The notes beneath the pieces were generated by a model that was given only the letters and a program-made list of their open reading frames with translations, searched no databases and was not told the DNA's origin. A program made the translations under genes and the position numbers. Shown piece by piece: positions 28,045-34,618 of a stretch of 34,618 bases of DNA (position 1 is its first letter; every line of letters begins with the position of its first letter). The stretch is from Candidatus Eiseniibacteriota bacterium (GTDB lineage: Bacteria > Eisenbacteria > RBG-16-71-46): contig JBBRLX010000038.1 of NCBI GenBank assembly GCA_038231135.1, positions 1 through 34,618 of the forward strand, given 5' to 3'.

Positions 28045-28464
28045 TCAGGCCCGGGCCCCTCGCCCCTTCTCCCCGCGACGCACGGCCCACACCGCGACGA
28101 GCGCGAACAGCCCGATCACGATTCCAGAAATCACCCCGATGCACGGGCCGATGATGGACATCATCATCCGCGGTGACCCGGGCATCGCCGCGGTCTGCAT
28201 CATCTGCGCTTCACGAGCATGACGGGCGATGTACGCGTCGAACAGCAGCACGTGCGCCGCCGTGATCCACACGCTGTTCGCGATGCCGAGCACGAGGCCA
28301 TGCAGGAAGTACTTTCCCGGAGCGCGCTTTGCGATGAGGTAGGCGCAGATCACGAAGATCGGCAACCAGAAGAACGGTTCGGTATCCGACGGTATGAAAT
28401 ATACCGTCGCGAACGCCATCACCAATCCGAACAGCGAGAGCTGACCGATCAATTTCCAGTTCAT
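28045..28464 (-). CDS. Small integral membrane protein (about 4 TM helices)
   Basis: Hydrophobic segments; start overlaps the NmrA-family stop (ATGA). Confidence 0.8.
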   Translation of the reverse strand: MNWKLIGQLSLFGLVMAFATVYFIPSDTEPFFWLPIFVICAYLIAKRAPGKYFLHGLVLGIANSVWITAAHVLLFDAYIARHAREAQMMQTAAMPGSPRMMMSIIGPCIGVISGIVIGLFALVAVWAVRRGEKGRGARA

Positions 28465-29411
28465 GCGATCTGCATACGCTTCCCGTTGGCGGCCAGCCAG
28501 GCGTCGAACGTCAGCAGTTCGGGGTTCAGCGCCCGTGACAGTTCGGGATCACGATCGCGCTGGAACTCGTCGCCGAGGATGGCCTGGAACTGGAACATGT
28601 TGCCGAGGTCCTCGGCGCCGGGGAAGCCCATCGCGCGGTAGTCGTCGAACGGCATGCCGTAGAAGTTGACCTTGCGCCCCAGCGCCGCGCCCAGCTTCGC
28701 CGCCATCTCCTCACCCGACAGCCGCTCGCCCGCGATGCCGAACCTCTGGCCCACGGCGGCGGTGCCGCGACGGAATACGCCGTACGCGCACTTGCCGATG
28801 TCCGCCGCCGCGATGCCCGGCAGTTTCACGCCACCCAGCGGCAGTGCGAGCACCAGCTCCCCGTCCTGCCCCGCCCGCGGGCCCATGCCGAACCCGATGA
28901 AGTTGTCCCAGTAGAACGCGGCAAGCAGGTACGAGGTCGGCGCCGCCTCGTTCGCGAACAGCGCATCCATCGAACCCTTCGAATCGAAGTGCGGCACCTT
29001 GTACTTGCCGTACAGCGTGGGCAGGCGGCCGTCTTCGAGCGGCACCCACTTGCGCGTGTCTTCGAGCGTCGACCACACGACGTGCTGGAGCCCGGCCTTG
29101 CGGGTCGCCCGCGCCATTGCCGCCGCCTGCCTGCCCTCCCGCTCCGCGTCCAGATGCTCCCAGAAGTTGGTCACGCAGAACGCGCCGTAGGCTCCTGCGA
29201 GCGCGTGTTCCAGGCTCGGCGGATCGTCGGCGTCGCCGGCGACGACCTCGATGCCGAGTGCGGCGAGCGCCCGGGCCTTGTCGGAGTCCGGCTTGCGGGT
29301 GATCGCCCGGGCGGCGAACGCCCCGCCGAGATCGGCGGCGATGGCGCGCGCGAGCCCGCCACCCTGTGCCCCGGTGGCTCCCATGACTGCGATGATCTGC
29401 TTGTCCGGCAT
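28461..29411 (-). CDS. NmrA/HSCARG-family NAD(P)-binding protein
   Basis: IAVMGATGAQGGG, GAYGAFCVTNFWE, VPHFDSKG; ATG at 29411 with GGAG upstream. Confidence 0.92.
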   Translation of the reverse strand: MPDKQIIAVMGATGAQGGGLARAIAADLGGAFAARAITRKPDSDKARALAALGIEVVAGDADDPPSLEHALAGAYGAFCVTNFWEHLDAEREGRQAAAMARATRKAGLQHVVWSTLEDTRKWVPLEDGRLPTLYGKYKVPHFDSKGSMDALFANEAAPTSYLLAAFYWDNFIGFGMGPRAGQDGELVLALPLGGVKLPGIAAADIGKCAYGVFRRGTAAVGQRFGIAGERLSGEEMAAKLGAALGRKVNFYGMPFDDYRAMGFPGAEDLGNMFQFQAILGDEFQRDRDPELSRALNPELLTFDAWLAANGKRMQIA

Positions 29412-29746
29412 GACGCGATTCTCCCCGGGTTGATGAAGCGGAAAGCGTGTGGCGGCCTGTCGAACGTGATACACCGGGCCGGCAAAATCCTGGCTGCGGG
29501 CCACGTCCCACACCGTAGCATGGCCGGAAAGCGGCGGGAATCGCCGGACGCCCGTGCCCGAACATCGGGCGATTCCGGGACGACCGGTGGAACAATCACT
29601 GGCGTCGGCCGTACTCTTCTTCAGAATCTGGGTACGGCGCCCCGTGCGGCGGGCTCGCACCCCGGCACCCGTGCTATTCGTGTTGCCGGACTCGTGGGAT
29701 CGGTACCTGTCGTGTGATTGGGCGTCCTGAAAACGGAGGCGAACCC

Positions 29747-30472
29747 ATGCCGGAGGCATTTCCCAAGCCTGCCGTAGAAACCCCGGCCGCGCGGCCACCC
29801 TCCGACCCATTCGCCGATGAGCTGCGGGGGTTCGGCCTGCCCGGCATCGTCGCGATGGTCGTCATCGTCCTCGCCGGCGGCGTGCCCGTGGGTGCCGTGG
29901 CGATCCTGCCGGTCGGCGCCGTTCTGGCGCTGGCCTGGGTGGTGCGGTCGCGGACTCTGTGGCGTGAGGTCGGCTACGTGCGGCCGCGGAGCTGGCTGCT
30001 CACGGTGACGCTCGGCATCGGGGTCGGCGTCGCGCTCAAGCTGCTGATGAAGACGCTCGTGATGCCATTACTCGGCGCCCCGCCGATCAATCCTGCGTAC
30101 CACTTCCTCGCCGGCAACCAGGCGCTGCTGCCCGCGGCCGTGCTCGGGATGCTCACCGCCGGGTTCGCCGAAGAAACGGTGTTCCGGGGCTACCTGTTCG
30201 AGCGCGCCCGCAGATTGCTCGGATCCGGCACGCGGGCACGGGTGTGGACCGTGCTGATCACGTCCGCCGTCTTCGGACTGGGTCACTATTCCAACCAGGG
30301 GCTGGCGGGCGTGGAGCAGGGCGCCATCACCGGGCTCGTGTTCGGAACGATGTTCGCCGTCACCGGCGAGATCTGGCTGCCGATGATCGCGCACGCCGTA
30401 TTCGATCTGACGGCGCTGGCTATTATTTATGCGAATCTCGAATCGCGCTTCGCGCATATGCTATTCAAGTAG
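29747..30472 (+). CDS. CPBP (Abi/CAAX-type) intramembrane metalloprotease
   Basis: EETVFRG, FGLGH and HAVFD motifs in a multi-TM protein; GGAGG before ATG 29747. Confidence 0.9.
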   Translation: MPEAFPKPAVETPAARPPSDPFADELRGFGLPGIVAMVVIVLAGGVPVGAVAILPVGAVLALAWVVRSRTLWREVGYVRPRSWLLTVTLGIGVGVALKLLMKTLVMPLLGAPPINPAYHFLAGNQALLPAAVLGMLTAGFAEETVFRGYLFERARRLLGSGTRARVWTVLITSAVFGLGHYSNQGLAGVEQGAITGLVFGTMFAVTGEIWLPMIAHAVFDLTALAIIYANLESRFAHMLFK

Positions 30473-30487
30473 GCCATGCGCCCATAC

Positions 30488-30524
30488 AAAGAAGCCCTCG
30501 CGGACTCTCGTTCGCGAGGGCTTC
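30488..30524 (-). terminator. Intrinsic terminator between convergent genes
   Basis: Perfect 12-bp inverted repeat GAAGCCCTCGCG/CGCGAGGGCTTC, followed by TTTGT on the minus strand. Confidence 0.7.
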
Positions 30525-30562
30525 GGATGTTCAGGAGACGCTACGGCGCGGCCGGATTCCCG

Positions 30563-31189
30563 TTAGCGCCGGGCGAGCATCTGCTCGCGCATCGTGAAGG
30601 CCATGACCGTTCCGGCCTTGAGCTTCAACGTGCGCATGGCGTGACGCGTGAGGCCGTATCCGGCCGCGCCGCCCACGATGCCACCGATCAGCGTGCCGTG
30701 ATCGCCTCGCGCGACGGTGTGACCGACCAATGCACCGACCGCCGCGCCGCCGGCGATGGCGCCGAGCTTCTTCGCGCGGTCACTGCCGGCGATGATGGGT
30801 GCGGTATCGGCAGACATGTCGCGCGACTGGCCGTTCACGGTGACGCTGCGGACGGCAAGGCCGAGCTGCGGACGGGCGTCATGCGTGCCCTCCGCCGCGG
30901 TGGTGACGACGCCGGCAACCGGGCTGCCCGCCGGAATGACGACCTGATTCCCTGCCATCACGGCCTGCGTGATGGTCCCGCTCCACGAGTCGCCCTGGTG
31001 AATGTTCTCCGTGGAGATCTCCGAGTCGAGCTGGACGGTGATCGATGTGCCCGCCGGAACCGAAGAGTTCGACCGATTCCGCGAGTTGTGATGGTGATGA
31101 TGGTAGTCCGCCGATGCCGTGTGGGCCCACGGACCCATCGACCCGAGCGCGACGATCATCACGGCTGCTGCAAGCGTTTGCGTTCTCAT
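30563..31189 (-). CDS. Secreted glycine-zipper protein with VirB10/TrbI-like beta region and His5 tract
   Basis: GGAG RBS; signal peptide ASA|DYHHHHH; VPAGTSITVQL..VIPAGSPVAG; GGAAVGALVG..GGIVGGAAG. Confidence 0.8.
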   Translation of the reverse strand: MRTQTLAAAVMIVALGSMGPWAHTASADYHHHHHNSRNRSNSSVPAGTSITVQLDSEISTENIHQGDSWSGTITQAVMAGNQVVIPAGSPVAGVVTTAAEGTHDARPQLGLAVRSVTVNGQSRDMSADTAPIIAGSDRAKKLGAIAGGAAVGALVGHTVARGDHGTLIGGIVGGAAGYGLTRHAMRTLKLKAGTVMAFTMREQMLARR

Positions 31190-31358
31190 GGCATTCTCCT
31201 GAGTTGGGGGTCACGGCGAGTACGTTGCACGGTGCGTGCCGTCGATCCACCCGCGCGCAGGACGGCCGTTGAAGCGACGCCTAGTTCGCAACGCGTACCT
31301 GGTCGTGTAGAAAAGGGCATGAAATGGCGTTAAGAGCGGTCCCGCTCTCGCGACAGGT

Positions 31359-32162
31359 TCAGCGCTGCGACGGAAAGGCCTGCCGCGGCGCGGCTTCACA
31401 CACGTACACGAGCGTCTCGTACCGCAACCGGACACGCCCATCCGAGTCGGCGTGCCGCCCGTGGAGCGCCGTCAGCAGGCGCTCGAGAGTCACGAGCGCG
31501 CCCGCGTCCTTCGAGACGTACGATGCGCTCCCGGCACGGCCCAGCAGGCCCCCGAGATCGAGCGCCTGCGCGTGCGGAATGGTTTCCAGCCGCGGCACCG
31601 TGAACCCATGAGCGCCGACCACCGCCGCGAGATCGGGATCGATGCGCTCGGCGGGATGCTCGCCGTTCACCGCGTGGATCGCCTCGATGTAGCCGCGCGT
31701 CAGCGGGTCGCGGCCGTCGCGATGGTTCCACATCAGCACCAGCCGGCCCTGCGGCCGCAGCACGCGGTGGAACTCGACCAGCGCGGCCGCCGGCTCGAAC
31801 CAGTGGAACGCCTGGGCGCACAGGACCAGGCCAAGACTGCCTTCGGCGAGAGCCGTCGCCTCGGCGCTGGCGTCGCGCCAGGTCACGCCCGGGTGCGGTT
31901 CAGCGGCCGCACGCATCGCGGCGTTCGGCTCGATCGCGATCACCCGCACGCCGCGGTCGGCGAGTGCGCGTGCGGAGATGCCGGTGCCGGCGCCGATATC
32001 GGCGGCGAGCAGCTTGCTGGAATCCCCCAGACCGTTGAGCACGACATCGATCGCCGCCGCCGGATAGTCCGGCCGGTAACGGCGATAGTCCTGCGCGCGG
32101 TTGCTGAAGCGGCCGGTGGGATTCAGCGTACGGACGTCGAAGGGCTGGGGCTCGTCTGTCAT
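31359..32162 (-). CDS. Class I SAM-dependent methyltransferase
   Basis: RFS..Y..YRPDYP, ADIGAGTG, IEPNAAM, AQAFHWF, RVLRPQG. Confidence 0.92.
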   Translation of the reverse strand: MTDEPQPFDVRTLNPTGRFSNRAQDYRRYRPDYPAAAIDVVLNGLGDSSKLLAADIGAGTGISARALADRGVRVIAIEPNAAMRAAAEPHPGVTWRDASAEATALAEGSLGLVLCAQAFHWFEPAAALVEFHRVLRPQGRLVLMWNHRDGRDPLTRGYIEAIHAVNGEHPAERIDPDLAAVVGAHGFTVPRLETIPHAQALDLGGLLGRAGSASYVSKDAGALVTLERLLTALHGRHADSDGRVRLRYETLVYVCEAAPRQAFPSQR

Positions 32163-32317
32163 GTTGGCTGCCTCTCGGTCGGACGTTTGGGGCTGAGCTC
32201 GAATATCAGGCATTCTAACGCGTCGACTCGCGAATGGACGCCCGTCGCGCCGCGGCGTACTGGATTGCCGGAGCGCGAGTTGATCGCAACAGCGCGTATA
32301 CACAGGAGGCAACTCAC

Positions 32318-32719
32318 ATGAATCGACTCACAGGCGCGACACAATCGCTGCTGAGAATCGTTGCCGGGCTGCTGTTCATCTGCCCCGGCGGCTTGAAACT
32401 GTTCGGCTGGTTCGGCGGCCTGCCCCACGGCGTCGCGATGACACCGCTGCTGTGGACGGCCGGCGTGATCGAGGTCGTGGGGGGTACGCTGATCCTGCTC
32501 GGCCTGTTCACGCGCCCCGTCGCGTTCATCGCCTCCGGCGAGATGGCGGTCGCGTATTTCAAGGGCCACTTCCCCCATGGCTTCTGGCCGGTCCAGAATC
32601 ACGGGGAGCCTGCCGTGTTGTTCTGCTTTCTATGGCTGTACTTCTGGGCCAACGGACCGGGGCCGTTCAGCCTCGACGAGTGGTTCGGACGGCGCCGGAC
32701 GTTGGCGCGAGAGCCCTGA
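32318..32719 (+). CDS. DoxX-family membrane protein
   Basis: LLRIVAGLLF, AGVIEVVGG..LGLFTRPVAFIASGEMAVAYF, GPGPFSLD; AGGAGG RBS. Confidence 0.92.
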   Translation: MNRLTGATQSLLRIVAGLLFICPGGLKLFGWFGGLPHGVAMTPLLWTAGVIEVVGGTLILLGLFTRPVAFIASGEMAVAYFKGHFPHGFWPVQNHGEPAVLFCFLWLYFWANGPGPFSLDEWFGRRRTLAREP

Positions 32720-32764
32720 ACCGCGAACAGCGCGAAGCGCTTAAACATCCAACGACAAGCGTGC

Positions 32765-32803
32765 TTGACATGGCGCGCCATCGAATGTAAAGTAAGCTAT
32801 ACA
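32765..32803 (+). promoter_or_regulatory. Sigma70 promoter with overlapping palindromic operator (near-leaderless transcript)
   Basis: TTGACA (32765-70)-N17-TAAAGT (32788-93). TGTAAAG-N4-CTATACA imperfect inverted repeat at 32786-32803. ATG lies 9 nt after the -10, with no SD. Confidence 0.7.
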
Positions 32804-33015
32804 TGGCTACCGGCATTCGATCCCGTGTGAAGGAGCTCCGCATGCACCGCGGCTGGACCCAACAGCAACTCGCCGACGCGGTGGGTGTATCGCGCCAGAG
32901 CATCAACTCGATCGAGCGTGACCGCTACGTCCCGAGTCTGCCGCTGGCGCTCATGTTCGCACGGGTGTTCGGCTGTGCCACCGACGAAATCTTCACGCTG
33001 GAGACGAAACGATGA
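32803..33015 (+). CDS. XRE-family helix-turn-helix regulator
   Basis: VKELR..WTQQQLADAVGVSRQSINSIER..PSLPLA..DEIF. Confidence 0.92.
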   Translation: MATGIRSRVKELRMHRGWTQQQLADAVGVSRQSINSIERDRYVPSLPLALMFARVFGCATDEIFTLETKR

Positions 33016-33224
33016 CCCTGCCCCGCGCGGTCGACGAGCGATTCCTCACCCACCGCCTGCGTTCCACGAGCCTCGCCGGCATCATCGGCGGCGCCGTGGC
33101 GATCCTGCTGTTCGCCTATCGCTATTACGTCGACAAGGTGTGGAGCTGGGATCTGTTTGCCGTGAGTCTCACGATCGTCGGGGTCAAGGTGCTGCTGATG
33201 CTGTGGTTTCATTTCACCGACTGA
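33012..33224 (+). CDS. Small 2-TM membrane protein
   Basis: ATGA overlap with the XRE gene; DERF then two hydrophobic helices. Confidence 0.75.
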   Translation: MTLPRAVDERFLTHRLRSTSLAGIIGGAVAILLFAYRYYVDKVWSWDLFAVSLTIVGVKVLLMLWFHFTD

Positions 33225-33243
33225 ACACGACAGGAGAACGAAC

Positions 33244-33447
33244 ATGAACTTCCAGCTCAAGAATCCTGCTTCGCTGCAACGTATCGGCCTCGCAGCCCTC
33301 GCGATCGGCGGCCTGGCGCGCCTGTTTCTACATCCCGCCGACAGGATGCAGCAAGACATCGTCGATGGCCTGACGGGTCTCATGCTCGGCATCGCGATCC
33401 CGTGCCTGCTCATGTCGCTCTTCAAGGGCCGGCGGCGCTCCGTTTAG
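33244..33447 (+). CDS. Small 2-TM membrane protein
   Basis: AGGAG RBS; two hydrophobic helices and a basic tail. Confidence 0.7.
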   Translation: MNFQLKNPASLQRIGLAALAIGGLARLFLHPADRMQQDIVDGLTGLMLGIAIPCLLMSLFKGRRRSV

Positions 33448-33457
33448 TAGCGCCGGC

Positions 33458-33946
33458 TCACCACTTCTCGTCGGCCGTCGGTCCGTAGATCGAGGGCAGC
33501 GGCACGTCGACCAGCCGCAGGTAGACGCTCAGCTGCCCGCGATGATGGATCAGGTGGCTGATGTTCTGCCGCACCACCGCGACGCGCGGCATCGTGAAGA
33601 TCACATGGTCGCCCGACTTGAGCGACCACGGCACCATGAAGTCCGCGTCCCTGGCCCCCGCCAGCGCCGCCCGCGCCTCGGCGACGTTGTTGTCGAATTC
33701 CTGCAGCAGCGTGGTCGTGGGCTCGTAGCTGTAGCCGCTGAAGCTGGTCAAGTTCAGCTCGGTGTTGTGCATCGCGCCCGTGATCCAGCCCGGCATCCGC
33801 GAAACGAGCTGCGCGAGGTGCCCCAGCGAGAACGACTTCACGTGCGGCTGCCAGGTGCCCTTGTCGTCGGGCACGCGCTCGAGCAACCGGCGCGTGATCG
33901 GCATTTCCTGGTCGAACTCGGGAACGAAGGACTCTGAGATGCTCAT
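33458..33946 (-). CDS. DinB-family protein
   Basis: EFDQE..TRRLLERVP, WQPHVKS.SLGHLA, HLIHHRGQLSVYLR, PSIYGPTADE. Confidence 0.9.
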   Translation of the reverse strand: MSISESFVPEFDQEMPITRRLLERVPDDKGTWQPHVKSFSLGHLAQLVSRMPGWITGAMHNTELNLTSFSGYSYEPTTTLLQEFDNNVAEARAALAGARDADFMVPWSLKSGDHVIFTMPRVAVVRQNISHLIHHRGQLSVYLRLVDVPLPSIYGPTADEKW

Positions 33947-33996
33947 GGCAGGCCTCATGTTTGGATGTCGGGTTCGTCGGGCGACAACAAGGTAAG

Positions 33997-34618
33997 TCAG
34001 GGCATGCTCCGGGAAACGCAGTGCTTTGCACAAGGCGTGTCCGCCCGCTGCTCTCGCATCTGCGCTGCAGCCTCCCGAGCCTCCTGCCGCTTGCGGCTCA
34101 TGAACTCGGCGCCGAACTCGCATTCTGCCGTGTACTGATTGTGGGCGCGACAGCGTAACCGCATGCGTGGAGCCGTCGATGCGCCGCCTTGCGATATGGG
34201 ATCCACGTGATCGTACTCGAGCAATTCGCGAGCAGTACACCGATGGCCAGCATCGCTCACGAACGTGCAGCGGCCCCCGTCCCGCTGCCAGACCGCGCGC
34301 CGGACCTGTGCGGGTACGTATCTGCGCACCGGCCGCGCCTCGTCGGGACATGAATTCGGCGCGCCGGACGTAAGAACCGTCGCCCGGGGCTTGCTGGTTG
34401 CCGCGAACTTGCGCCGCTCGAGCTGCTGGATGAGTACGTCCAGCGCGCGATCGAGCACTTCGGCGACGTCGCCCGAAGGCATTGCGTGACTGAGCAATGC
34501 CTTCGCATGCATCAGCTTGTCATGAGTGCTCCGGCGGATCGTGAGCTGCAGCGAGTATTTCTCCGCCGACAGCGGCTGCATTCTCGGCCTGGGCGCCGGC
34601 GGTTCAACTGGTTCCGGA
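33997..34618 (-). CDS. HNH-endonuclease-domain protein (DUF222-associated type), 5'-partial
   Basis: VRRAVWQRDGGRC..C..EYDHVDP..GG..LRCRAHN; the frame stays open to the window edge. Confidence 0.82.
   Translation of the reverse strand, partial: PEPVEPPAPRPRMQPLSAEKYSLQLTIRRSTHDKLMHAKALLSHAMPSGDVAEVLDRALDVLIQQLERRKFAATSKPRATVLTSGAPNSCPDEARPVRRYVPAQVRRAVWQRDGGRCTFVSDAGHRCTARELLEYDHVDPISQGGASTAPRMRLRCRAHNQYTAECEFGAEFMSRKRQEAREAAAQMREQRADTPCAKHCVSRSMP

Noticed and set aside
29537..29576. Inverted repeat GGAATCGCC..GGCGATTCC in the NmrA/CPBP divergent intergenic region
   Set aside because: Short, GC-rich, no U-tract and no recognisable RNA family.
1..34618. tRNA, rRNA, CRISPR array, integrase or defence system
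   Set aside because: None recognised on either strand by manual reading.

Overview
High-GC window from a diderm bacterium (TolC-type channels, type IV pilus motors), dominated by metal-handling genes. From left to right: (1) the end of an IS inserted at a CTAG, which truncates a beta-propeller gene in a minus-strand chromate cluster (chrB, stand-alone ChrB-C, beta-propeller); (2) a type IV pilus motor trio made of a PilB/GspE-like protein with degenerate catalytic motifs, followed by intact pilT and pilU; (3) a CheB-CheR-PAS-histidine kinase-REC hybrid coupled to a secreted metal-binding protein; (4) a ~15.7 kb minus-strand metal-efflux gene run: Cys/His-rich leader ORF ending in RSPP, TolC, unusual adaptor, CzcA-like RND, lipoprotein, CopA, CusC, CusB, CusA; (5) ordinary accessory genes (NmrA, CPBP protease, glycine-zipper protein, methyltransferase, DoxX, XRE operon, DinB, partial HNH protein). 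The strongest novelty candidates are three. First, the RSPP leader, whose own codons are complementary to the downstream ribosome-binding region, suggesting a ribosome-stalling metal switch. Second, an RND adaptor with two signal peptides and no alpha-hairpin. Third, the PilB-like pseudo-ATPase beside pilT/pilU. All calls come from reading motifs by eye; no searches were run.
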